A stretch of DNA of 64,000 bases from Tubiluchus corallicola (taxonomy: Eukaryota; Animalia; Priapulida): positions 1 to 64,000 of the forward strand of contig JAQGDQ010000191.1 of the NCBI GenBank assembly GCA_030141605.1, written 5' to 3'. A model generated the notes under the pieces. The model worked only from the letters and a program-made list of their open reading frames with translations, was not told the origin of the DNA and did not search any database. This document shows positions 32,606 to 44,299 of the stretch, in pieces. Each line of letters starts with the position of its first letter. The first letter of the stretch is position 1. A program made the translations under genes and the position numbers.

Positions 32606-35600
32606 TCACTGCACATTATTCTTACGCCGACGCCTCTTTTTTTTGAGATCTTCTATTCGTAGATGCTCAAAGTTGATCACTGCTCTCTTGCAGAGCGCTC
32701 TCCACTGAGTTCTGTCACTCGCCAGGGTCTCGAAGTTTTCTGGTTGGATGTTGCATTGATTCAGGGTATCCTTCAGCTGGTCTTTGTAACGCTTAAAGGG
32801 CCTACCGACCCTCCTTGCCCCTACTGCCAACTCACCAAACAGGAGAGTCCGAGGAATACGGTCCTCACCCATCCGGGACACATGACCAGACCAGCGGAGC
32901 CGTGCCGCAAATATGTGGGATTCAATGCCCCAGGCATTACAGCGACCCAAGACTTCAGTGTTAGGCACTCTGTCCTGCCAGCGAATGCCAGCTATCCGAC
33001 GTAAACAGCGCATATGGAAACTGTCAAGCTTCTTGACCTGTTTGCGGTACAGTGTCCAGGTTTCGCAGTTGTAAAGTAGCACCGGTAGAATGGCTGCCTT
33101 GTAAACTGCCATCTTCGTTGCTAGGCGGACATCCCGGGTATTCCACAGTCTTCCTGACAGGCCCCCGAAGGTTGCTGCAGCCTTGCCAATTCTGGTGGTT
33201 ATATCACAATCACTAGAGCAATCATTTGTCACTGTGCCTCCCAGGTAACTGAACCGATCCACGACCTTTAGAGTTTCATCTCCGATCGTTATAGCAGGTG
33301 CTGTAGGAGTTGTACCAGGTCTAGGCTGCACTAAAACTTCTGTCTTCTTCACAGACACAGTCAGACCGAAACGGGTGGCTGATAAAGCGAAGTTGTCCAT
33401 CAAAAATTGTGCATCCTCCATGGAATGACTGGCAAGTGCACAGTCATCAGCATACAGCAGTTCTCTTATCAAGGTGTAACACACCATCGTTCGCGCCTTG
33501 AAGCGGCGCAGGTTGAATACGCCGCCATCGTAACGAAACCTGACCTCGACACCCCGATAGCACTCGTTGTAGGCATCGCGTATTACTGCAGCAATGACTA
33601 TTCCAAAAAGCAGTGGGGCTAGTACACATCCCTGCTTAACACCGTTGTTGACTGCAAACGGAGAGGATTCCTGGTGCCCATCCACAATACGAGCCTGCAT
33701 GCCATCATGAAAAGAGCGTATTATGTTGACAATTTTTGAGGGACATCCTGTCCGACACAGAAGTCTCCAAAGTCCCTCCCTGCTGACTGAATCAAACGCT
33801 TTTGTTAAATCCACGAATATCAAGTAGAGGTCCCGATGTTGCTCCCTACACTTTTCTTGCAACTGCCGCACAGCGAAGATCATGTCAACAGTACCACGGT
33901 TTGCCCTGTATCCACACTGGCTTTCTGGGTGGAATTGCTCAGCGAGAGAACTAATGCGCCGTATAATTACTTGAGCCAGAATCTTTCCAGCAATACTCAA
34001 CAGCGATATTCCCCTGTGGTTGTTGCAATCTGCGCGATCGCCTTTCCGCTTGTATAGATGGATGATCGTAGCATCTTTGAAGTCCTGCGGCACAGTCTCA
34101 GCCTCCCAAATGGTATTGAAAAGCTTGAAAAGCCTTTCCACAAGAAGCGGACCACCATACTTGAAGATTTCAGGGCTAATGCCATCTGCACCAGGGGCTT
34201 TTCCACATTTCATAGCCTTGATCGCAGCTTTCACCTCTTCCAACTGAATCGGCACAGCCAGTTCCTCCATTGTTGGTTGTTGCGGCACGTTAATGATGAC
34301 ATCATTGTCGATGATAGAAGGATGTTTCCAAATCTGCTCGAAATGTTCAGCCCATCTCTGGACAATAGCAGTTGGTTCCGTGAAAAGCGTGTTACCATCT
34401 GTTGACAAAACAGCCATGGATCCATTGAAACTAGGACCATGTGCAGTCTTCAGCTCTTGATAGAAGGCACGAGTATCATGCCGGTCGGCAGCATCCTGAA
34501 GTCTTATGGCTCGATCGACCCACCAAGCATCTTTCATTTTTCTAATCCTCGCCTGTGCAACAGACCTCGCTTGATGGTAGCTGTCTTTCTTTGCTTGGCA
34601 ATTTTTATCATTCACCCAGTCCAGATGTTTCTCGTGCAGATTGGATAGTATGCCATGAATCTCCTGATCGTTGTGGTCAAACCAGTCGTTTTTGTCCCTA
34701 CGACGTTTCCCAAGTGCTGCTGCAGCACTTTCATATGTAGTGGTTTTCAAAAGTTCCCACTCTTCCTCTACATTGCCTGCTATGGTGTCCAGCATCTCAC
34801 TCTGTGCTTGGAATTGCGTGTATATCTTCTGCTCCAACAACATACGATGTGCGGGCAGCTTCAGCTTCGATAAGTCAAGTCGTGGTGCTCTTGCAGACTT
34901 TGCGCGAACCTTTGGGGGAACTTGTAGGGCTGTCTTCACCTTGACCAGCCGGTGGTCAGACCAGGCAGTGGTGCAACGAACCGCTCTAGTGAGGTGCACA
35001 TCACGTCGGTCCCTCTGCCGCACAATCACATAGTCCAAAACATGCCAATGTTTTGATCTGGCATGCATCCAGGTTGTTTTGAAGGCATCCTTCTGCTGAA
35101 ACAATGTGTTTGTGATCACAAGCCTGTGGGCAGCACAGAGACTCAGGAGCAATGTGCCATTCGAATTTTCAGCGCCGATGCCATGATGGCCAATCACATT
35201 CTCCCAGGCAGCAGAGTTTCGTCCTACGCGTGCGTTAAAGTCCCCCAGAAGAAGGATCTTGTCACCTGAGGGGATGGTTGTGATGGTCCTGGACAGCAGA
35301 TCATAGAATTCCTCTTTAGCCACATCCGGGTAAGACATCGTCGGGGCATATACACTGAGTAACGTTGCAAAATGACCATTTGAGAGCCGGACTCGCATTG
35401 TCATAAGCCTTTCAGTGATACCTTTTGGAAGACTGACCAGGTGTTGCATAAGCTTTGTTCGCACAGCAAAGCCGACTCCTGCTTGACGTGGTTGCTCCTG
35501 TGGCCTTCCAATCCAAAAGAAGGTGTAACCTGCCCCATCTTCTGACAGTTGGGACTCTTCCTCAAGACGCGTTTCACTGAGCGCTGCAAAGTCCACACCT

Positions 35601-35785
35601 TGTTCATTGAGAACCCTAGCCACGATTGCCGTTCTTCTCTCAATAGACTGTTCACTATCGATCAGTGTACGGACATTCCATGCTCCAAAAGTGTAACAGT
35701 ATTTTCGTGTTTTTCGACCGCAAGATTTGAGTAACCAGCTGACAGCGGCTTGCCAGCAGGTTGAAGAGGGACAAGCTTCTTTAGG
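32606..35785 (-). CDS. RTE ORF: apurinic-like endonuclease + reverse transcriptase
   Basis: GAWNVRTL (upstream of the track's start), LSETR, GDFNA, LDYV, SDHRLV; RT motifs GVKQGCVLAP and LYADD. The frame is open back to a TGA near 35788. Confidence 0.93.
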   Translation of the reverse strand, partial: PKEACPSSTCWQAAVSWLLKSCGRKTRKYCYTFGAWNVRTLIDSEQSIERRTAIVARVLNEQGVDFAALSETRLEEESQLSEDGAGYTFFWIGRPQEQPRQAGVGFAVRTKLMQHLVSLPKGITERLMTMRVRLSNGHFATLLSVYAPTMSYPDVAKEEFYDLLSRTITTIPSGDKILLLGDFNARVGRNSAAWENVIGHHGIGAENSNGTLLLSLCAAHRLVITNTLFQQKDAFKTTWMHARSKHWHVLDYVIVRQRDRRDVHLTRAVRCTTAWSDHRLVKVKTALQVPPKVRAKSARAPRLDLSKLKLPAHRMLLEQKIYTQFQAQSEMLDTIAGNVEEEWELLKTTTYESAAAALGKRRRDKNDWFDHNDQEIHGILSNLHEKHLDWVNDKNCQAKKDSYHQARSVAQARIRKMKDAWWVDRAIRLQDAADRHDTRAFYQELKTAHGPSFNGSMAVLSTDGNTLFTEPTAIVQRWAEHFEQIWKHPSIIDNDVIINVPQQPTMEELAVPIQLEEVKAAIKAMKCGKAPGADGISPEIFKYGGPLLVERLFKLFNTIWEAETVPQDFKDATIIHLYKRKGDRADCNNHRGISLLSIAGKILAQVIIRRISSLAEQFHPESQCGYRANRGTVDMIFAVRQLQEKCREQHRDLYLIFVDLTKAFDSVSREGLWRLLCRTGCPSKIVNIIRSFHDGMQARIVDGHQESSPFAVNNGVKQGCVLAPLLFGIVIAAVIRDAYNECYRGVEVRFRYDGGVFNLRRFKARTMVCYTLIRELLYADDCALASHSMEDAQFLMDNFALSATRFGLTVSVKKTEVLVQPRPGTTPTAPAITIGDETLKVVDRFSYLGGTVTNDCSSDCDITTRIGKAAATFGGLSGRLWNTRDVRLATKMAVYKAAILPVLLYNCETWTLYRKQVKKLDSFHMRCLRRIAGIRWQDRVPNTEVLGRCNAWGIESHIFAARLRWSGHVSRMGEDRIPRTLLFGELAVGARRVGRPFKRYKDQLKDTLNQCNIQPENFETLASDRTQWRALCKRAVINFEHLRIEDLKKKRRRRKNNVQ

Positions 35786-36456
35786 TCACCTTTTCCAGAC
35801 CCTTCCCCGAATTGGGGGGAGCTGGCTCTCCGTGAAAACGGCAGCTCCGACGCTCCAGCAGGACCGAACACTGCAGTTGTCCCGGGTCTACAGTGAACGA
35901 CCATCACACTGGTGCCGCCTACGTGTAAGTTTGCTGCTAAGGGCTCCCAGCAATACTCTTTGCCTGCCCCCACCGCCGCACACTCATCGCCGCAGGACTG
36001 GAAGTTTTTGATTGGTTGACTGTGGGACAACCTGCACAGATATGAGAAAGGTGGGTTTGTGCAGCGCCCACCCCACTCTCTCCTTCCGGCACGACATAAT
36101 AGGCAGGTCCCAAATTGAGCACATGTCCATCACGAACCGGAGCGCAGCTGGCCAGCCTGAGGAACTCGATGAAAGTGAGAACCAGCCTGGATTGCCGGTT
36201 GCCAGCAGTGGCCGGGGATTTGGAATCAGAGTTACCTTCTCTTAGGTGGGCTTGTCTAAAGAGACTAAGCGGGCTCCACCTACCCCGGTTTGAAATCAGA
36301 GTCGCCTTCTCCTAGCCTTTGTCTGAGGAGACTTACCCTGCAAGGCAGCAGGGGGATTTGAAATCAGAGTTGCCTTCTCCTAGCCTTTGTCTAAAGAGAC
36401 TTCACCCACAAGGCAGTGGGGCACCCAGATATACCACCGAGCATTTGGTCCCAGAG

Positions 36457-36524
36457 CCTACATTAGTGATACTAAGCCCCCTTGCCACGACAAGGCTGCA
36501 GGTTGGGTTTCACCATCATGGGGC
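36457..36524 (-). ncRNA. Candidate HDV-like self-cleaving ribozyme at the RTE 5' end
   Basis: Manual fold: P1 GCCCC/GGGGC (imperfect beyond that), P2 CCUGCA/UGUAGG, P3 GCC/GGC with loop UUGUCGU, and CUAA before the P2 3' strand. Confidence 0.4.
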
Positions 36525-39500
36525 AGCAGGACCTTATTGGCATTTCCTGATACCCTCACGGATAACTGGTAAACCTTCCCAAATGTCTATAGAATGCTGG
36601 ATAGGTAGAATTATTGTGGTTGCTCTTTTTAATGCAGAATATCATTTACATTGTATTTTCATCTTTTTCTTCGTAGAAGTACCTTCCAACACATTGTAGT
36701 ACATCGAGACGAGGAACAGGAGATTTACTTTTCTCCCAAGTTGGACCATGCGACATTGTCATCTGCACCCATTGCTTCCGATCCAATCCTAAATGCAGAA
36801 CTTCAGTCGCTGACAATCCTCAAAGAGGAGCATAATTTATTTCATAGTCACCTGGATCAATAATTATAAGTTGTGTTTTGGTAGAGTTGCGTGTGAGAGA
36901 GCTTGAAGTGGTATTCCATATGTAAACTATCATCACCAAGTCCTCGCCTCACTTATCAGGCAGTAAGCAAAGTGTGATGTTAAGTCAAATATTGTAACTT
37001 AAGTGAAGTGGTGATTTCAAGCGGTAACAAAACAGAGCTCATTCTTCTTAAAATAAAATGTCGCTAAACAGGGTGTCATTAGCTGAAGACTTACTGCACA
37101 TACCTTCTCTATGTACGTTGCACATTTAAAGATTCACCACTTTAGCGTTCATCTTCTCTATTTACGTTTTGCACCTTACGGAAATGAAATTGGTCTTTTT
37201 AGATAATTCTGTAACTAAAAGTTTCTTTAAAGGTTTAATTTGCTTTTGAAATATACTAATATTTTTTGTGTTTTATGCAAAAAAGCAAAAAGCATAAATT
37301 CGTTTAAAACATTTTTGGAATAAAATCATGTTTCAAATAACTGTGCTTTCTAGATTTACTGTTGTGTGTGCGTGTTACATACACTACTTGCACATCCTGT
37401 ACTTGCCAGACAAACCCAAAAAAAGATATTTGGTGGTTGATTTTGCCACTGGCATACATTTTGGTTTGAGGTTGAAAAAATCAAAGCATAGATGATAACG
37501 GTACTAGATTGTGAATCTTTATGATTATGATTAAGATGACTAAGACTGACTCTTCATGAATTCTTATGAATTCTGAAATTTTGACCACACATTTTTATTT
37601 TTTTGAAATCTAGGCTTTATTTGCCAATGATTTATTTTAACAAAATTGTGCTTAATATTTTTGCAAAAGCTACATATTTCACAGTTTCTGTCTGGAGTCA
37701 TAATGTATTGATTATAAAATAATAATAATTATGAGAGCTTTGATAAAACACTTAAGTGGCTTTTTAATACAACATGTTGGAATCTCTGTTTGTGCAAGGT
37801 AAATGAGTTAAGAATCCAACAAAAACTGCTTTTAGTTATGCTTGATAAGCTTTTTTTCGTGGAGATTTCCCACCAAACATCAGGTTATTGCTGTTATACA
37901 CTGCCAGTAAACATATTATTTACCATTATAGTTAATCAATGCATGCCACTATTTGTGCTTTTAGGCCACTTAGTGACGTTTTTACGCCACAAAATTCAGA
38001 ATTTCGTTTTGACCAAACTGAATATCAAAAGTGGTGAGAAATTCATTTCCAAATCAAACCTTGTGCAACTGTAATCTTTGGGGTCGTTCTATGCTGTTCT
38101 TACTAATGCAACAATAACACAGATGACATGCTTCCATTCCAAGTTATCTGCTACGTTATCTACAGCATATATGTCTGGAATTGTAAATCAAAATGTAGTG
38201 TATTTTCTATAGTTAATCGTCTGTACAACTGCAAACTTAACTTTGTTTAATTTTAGCTAACTATGAAAGTTGCTAATGCATTGTTAAACTAAATCACATA
38301 TCATATTTTGATATCACGAATCATTTTTAAAAAGAAAGCACATTGTACATGTGGCTTTGTGAACATTAGTTAGTTAAAAGATATGTTGTTGGACTGTTTT
38401 GTTAATAATTTATTTATTTTGTTATCACATGCACATTATTTATGCAAAATAACATGTGTAATGTGAACAACTATTGCAGGCTAAACTACATCAAGCTAAA
38501 ATTGTGTAAAATCTGATGTTATTAAAAAGATATGCGAGTTTCAGTTAGAATGATGTGGATTATTAAAGCAACTGTAAATAAAAGATCGGTGTTGTGAAGC
38601 TTTCTTAAAACCAAACAGGGTTTCAATCAGGGTGAGTCATCGGCCCCCTGGAAAGTACACTAGATTTTGGCATTAATGCTAATTTTGGTAGATGATGAAA
38701 CTAGTATAATTAGGCAATGGGCAGTGGACAGTTGGGTAGTGAACACTTCAGCAGTAGGACATTTGGGCACTAACACTTGGGTCAGTTGTGTGATTATTAT
38801 TTTATAGCAGTAGAAGTGCTACAGAACGTTTTTGCAGTTACACTACCAACCTTCTTATCCAACTAACTTCTACCTACCTACATTCTTTGTATCTAAAGAG
38901 ATAGAGACATGCTCACACGTGTTCACAGTGACACATCTCTTCCTTAAGAAAACAAAAAAGAGAGGAGAAGGAAAGTCAAAGGAGAGAAGTAAAAAGAGGA
39001 GAAAGAAAAGAAGGAATAAAAAAGAGTAAAGAGAAAACGGAGGGGAGTGGGTTGAGATGGGATGGGTGTGTTCTACAGTTGTCTGTATTGTGAAAATGTG
39101 CTATGATGCACTGATTTTTCTGTTTTTTTTGCAAAAGTCACTTTAAAGAAATAAGAATGCAATACACTGCTTGTATAATTAAATATTTAAGATACATGTA
39201 TTTAAAATACGTCGAATAAAATTTTAAATAAATTGTTTAATGAAATGTCCGGGTATAGAAAGCCCGATACATATGTCAAACATTAACTGCATTTACTTGA
39301 AAACAAATTATTATACTGGGTATTCGTGCAGGATGCTAAATATCGATCTTTCAAAATAAACTTTATTTAGCAGCAATTTACGCGAGAATAATTCACTTAT
39401 TTTATGTCGAAGGTCGCGTGTAACGTAATCAGTACCACGAAGCGCGATAATTCAGATTTATCTTGGACTGGTGACACTATTACAGCGAAAAAGTGAGGGG

Positions 39501-39738
39501 TTACTAAAATATTGAAATTCATATTTACACTGTGTTGACTGTCATGTGTGCTATGTGAGGATCCAGAAAAGTTTTAGTATGGTTGCATACCCCGGCTAAT
39601 AACCAATCCATATTATATATTCGCTCACTATGCATAGTTATTCTAGCTGATACGCTAAATCTCGTTGAATCCAGATGTGATGGGACTGACTTTTGTCAAT
39701 TTGTGTTTTCTTGGATAGAATCATAATCAGTGCGCGGC

Positions 39739-39777
39739 TGTGTGTGTGTGCGTGTGCGCGTGCGTGCGTGCGTGCGC
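39739..39777. repeat. (GT)n/(GCGT)n microsatellite
   Basis: Directly visible. Confidence 0.9.
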
Positions 39778-42637
39778 TTTAAGTCCCAAAATCCCAAGTG
39801 TAGATGATATTTGAACATGTGACACGTTGACACCCACATTCAGAACTTATTTGCATGTTGTCAGCGAGTTGGACGAAGGCAGCTACACTGAAATACGTCT
39901 GGCTGGGAAATTTTTGTTAATTGAATGGCCGCACTGTGTAGAAACATCATTGCATATCTGTCTATATTTTTTCATGACAGTGATATTTTTAGAGCAGCAG
40001 TTATGAACCATCTTATTCAAGGTTTCTCTGATCGAGAGATTCTATATAATTAGACGATTTACTACAAAAATAAAGGCAAAGTAAGATGTATAACGCGGGC
40101 CCTTTGCTTTACTTTAAAGTTTATCTCAAAACGCTGAATGCGGGGAAAGAAAAGACACGATAATAAACACCCGGTGTTATGTTTGAAAAGAAGGTCAGAA
40201 ACAAGACGATTGACATTATAAAATTGTTTAACTTTAAACGAGAACGTTTCGCAAAACTATCTGCTTCATTAGATTTAAAAGAATTTTAAAATAATAAGTA
40301 AGTATTGTTCGTTTCAGTTCGTTTCACTGCTGAGACACCGGGAAATTTCTAGCTGAACCCAAAGCGGTTATTTATCGCTTGGAATTAAAGGAAAATGAAA
40401 GGTTAAGAAGTAATGCTTGTTTTACGACGGAACAATTTGACCTGGCACGTGGTAACCCTACTAAAGTTGTTGTTATTAGAAAAATACGTCAAATACTGCC
40501 AAAAGGTTGATAAAACCTTTTTAATTTGCATCAAAGCCGTCCCATACTATGCTGAATTTGCTGCAGGTCTTTCTCTCTGTATAATCTAGGAGACGTCTAA
40601 AAAATATCAGTTTAATGTAAGTATAGAAGTAAAACATTTTGTGTGTCATTGTAAATAATGTAAATAACAAGAAAATAAACTGCGAATGGCGTTGTTCGAT
40701 CTACACATCATGAGAAATTAAGCCAAGGCTAAGGCACCAGTAGAAAAATTACTGAAAAAATGTAAGTTATTTGCTTCCCAGACTTTGGAGTCCCCCTTTG
40801 GAACCAAATGAGTGAACATTTTTCTACAAGCTTTCACACTGAAATTTCAGACCCAGTTCGCCAAAGGGCAGCAGGTGCGTGCTAGATCTTAATCCGTTTT
40901 GGGCTTTTAATGACTTTACACCATTGCATTCCCGTTTACACTGCATGTAGTTATGTGGACCTCGTGTCATTAAAAACACTCTGTCAGAGCTCCTGCATGC
41001 AATAAAAAGTGCTTGGTCATTGGTCAAAGCTGTGCTATAGACGCTAAGAATAGCAAAAGCATGGCAAAAAGATTTGGGATGGGTAATGTTCTGTTTGGAT
41101 AAATAAATAAGTGTCCTGGTTGTGTCCACTGTTAGGAGGTAGTCGCAGAAAGTCCAATAACCATAGTGGTCTTTCTGGCTGTATGGCTGTTTGGATATAA
41201 CATGTTAGTAAAATGGGCTAAGCCATACTTTGGAAAATCGTAGCGAAAGTAGCTGAACTCTGATAATTCTCCACAATATGTTCCATAATGGTTTTGGAGC
41301 ATACAAATATTTAAGGTTACTGGATAGTGTATAGAGTCTTCGGATGGATTTGACTGTCATTTGTCTGCCGGACTACCGGTTAAAGATAACTTTGCAAACG
41401 TAATTTTTTGCTACGCAGTTTTATGTCATTCAGATGAAGGCACGTAAAATTTACGGTACGGAGTTGCATGGTAGTCTCTTTAGTAACCGTTTGTTATTTG
41501 TCACAATTTCTAGGCATTTGGATGCACACAATTTTTATGAAACTTGTCCTTTATGAAAAGCCAGGCCCATTCTTTATTTAGGCAACTTTAATAGTAAACT
41601 TGGTAACGTCATCGTGGTTTTTTTTGGATCCGAGAATTAATTTGCTTCCATTGTCACTTCTCTTTTGTGGGGGACATTATCTCTTCTCTTTTGTGGCGAT
41701 AATGGTGACCCTGGAGACCAGTTTCTGGATGAAACACGTGGAAACTGGAGACACAGATGGCATTTGAGAGTTGTTGGGGGTACAGGTAAGCTTGTCGAAT
41801 ACCGCTTTCATTATTTTTTCTTTTTTCCGTTTCGAAATGCTAGGTTCTACTGTTGATGGTCCAGTGCCAGTTCATACAGTTATCGGGTTTCATAGGTTGT
41901 GGTAATAACTTCAAATTTGACTCATTCACTCTTTGTTGATAAGGTTTATCACTGTCATGGCGTATGAGCGGAGCTTTTGTCGTACTTTGTTTCACACGTA
42001 AAAAGTAAATTCTCCAACTGCGCGAATTAGCGTTAAGTTTCTTACTGGATTTCATTATTTTGCAGTCTGGTGAGGTAGATTGATCTACAAAATAGTGCTG
42101 CTGGGATTAAGTTTTGAAAGTTTTGACTTTGATCGACGTGAATTTCAACTGATCTTTGTAATGGCAAAGAGGGCATCCTCATGGTCGTTTGGAGGTTGTG
42201 AATTCGTAGAAGTGAATGTATCGAGGAAGCCTGTATTCTGATAACATGACCAACGTTATTGTAACAATTGCAAACGTTTCAAGAGGGGCAGACGCGTTTC
42301 CTCGAAGAGTTTTTTCCTAGAAAAGTTTTTTGCCAGAAAAAAGAATTCACAAATTCGCAGAAAACACTTTTACCTGAAAGCCTACTTCCCAGAAAAGATT
42401 TTCCAAAAGGTGCCATTTTCTAGCTGCATAAAATGTAAAATGCTCTGATAATTAAATGCTTTGTTACGTCATTTTGTGGTGAATAAATTTATAAATCGAT
42501 GATTTCGATGATTTGGCATTAAATCTCATGCCTCCCTGATTTTATAAAATAAACTTACTAATTGATCTAAGAACTCACTCAGCTGGCACGCCCGCATTTA
42601 ATGAGCTGTGAAAGCGTAGATAGATCCGTGAGAGAAA

Positions 42638-44299
42638 TGTAAGATTTATCGTTTGCTTTAAGGCCACTAGGATGCTAGGAGCAATTAGGTTAACAAAAGG
42701 GATGGGCACCTCAAGTGTTAGCCTAGAACAGGAGGCAGTGGGTCCGCAAGGATCCGGGGCAGTTTTTTCAATTTTTCCTGCTAACGAAGGGCGAATTAAC
42801 GTCCTACTGTGGTACCTTCTAGTCGGCGTGTGTGTCGTACTATTCTCAACTGCAGCAGGCCAAAGCCGCTGGGTCATAAATCCCTACAGTGCACAGCCTG
42901 GTTTGCCTTTTAGCTGGTAGCTCAGGCAGCCAAAGTTCTGGTACTGCCACAGAGACAGTTATTATAAGCCTGCAGTTGTGAAGTAAGTGGTACATACGTG
43001 GTACGAGGACGACAGTCCTCACCTAGCTAGGTGAAGTGTGAATTCTACGCTTCTTATAGCACTTCTCTAGTGAACAGGCTAGGCTGGTGAAAACGGTCAA
43101 AGTTCATAGAGGGATAGCAAAGTTTCCTATGGATCAGACCGTCGGTTGCCTCTGGGCGTGAGCCCTTTGGTACCTATAAGGGATGGGGATGATTTGCTAT
43201 GCTAGTAAACCTGCAAGCAGGTCATCTTCGTGATCGCTATCGACTGGGTCACCGGCCGGTAGTCTCACTGATTGGTGGTAAGGTGAGATTGCTCAATGTA
43301 CAGTCAGGCCTTAGCAAGCCGAATTGTAACCAGGCGAGCTGAGTCTCTGTGATCGACTGAAGCTGAAAAGGTTAGGTCGGGAAGCAGAGAACACAGTAGC
43401 ACGTAGAGATGCACTGTGTGGAAAGGGGTCCAGCCCAGGGTGCGTCCCATACAGGGGAGCCCAAAGGACCCAAAGCGAATATTAGGTGTAGACAGAGATG
43501 TCATTTGTTATAGCTATATGCACAAGTTACTCGTAATTAACAGAAACTCTGCAAAGTAACTGTTTTCGATGAAAAGAGGATTAATAGTCTTTACGGGTTT
43601 TGGCGACATCAAGGATGGGAAGTTCTGAAGAAACTTACCGACATAAAGAAATTCGATGTCCACCTTGCTGACCATAAATCTAGCGATTGCGTGCGACGCA
43701 GAAATTACACAAGGTTAGCACTTCGAGATATAAGCTCTGAGTTTTAGTAACCCAGCGCTCTTTCAATCGGACCACTCAGTGGAAGAGACACGCTAAGTGT
43801 GCGACACGAGTCACACACAGGGGAGAATCTGACAAGGAGATTGGGACAGCATCGTTCGATTCCAGCGTGGACATATCTGCGTTCCTAGCGATAGACTGGG
43901 CACTGGACAACGAGAGTCTCATATCAACTATTGGAGTTGACCAAGTGTACGGGGTACATTGTGGTCAATCCGCAGAGTTAAGTAATCTTAACGCATTTGT
44001 AACTGAGAGTAACTGTGCATAACTGTAGTTCACATAAGTTCACATTGTATCATATGATAAATGTAAAGAACACCTTAGGTGATATAGTTGAGGAATTGTC
44101 AAGTGAGATACTTTTGGGAGCTATACATTAATTGTACGCGTCAAAAGCGCATAAGGACAAATCTTGTAAGCTATCTAGAAGAAGTAACTTTTGTAAAACC
44201 AATAAAGTTAATTCGCTTTGACATTTAACGATTGAGTTAATGTATGATATAAGTGTGTTCAGAGTTAAGCAACACTATTTCCGTGATACGAATCTGACA
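42638..44299 (+). mobile_element. LTR-like segment (possible long solo or orphan LTR)
   Basis: Higher-GC non-coding island. TGTAAGATT...AATCTGACA imperfect inverted ends, AATAAA at 44201, and a short purine run just upstream. No TSD seen. Confidence 0.35.

Larger units (their letters stand above)
32489..36530 (-). mobile_element. Apparently full-length RTE-clade non-LTR retrotransposon
   Basis: One long APE+RT ORF. Short 3' UTR with stem-loop CCGTCGT-TTG-ACGACGG and a (TA)n tail. 5' UTR with three GAGAAGGYRACTCTGATT repeats and the RTE-typical GCCTTGTCGTGG motif. Confidence 0.9.

Noticed and set aside
32663-35734. Many short ORFs overlapping the RTE, ZF and cGLR genes
   Set aside because: Antisense or alternate-frame shadows of real coding sequence.
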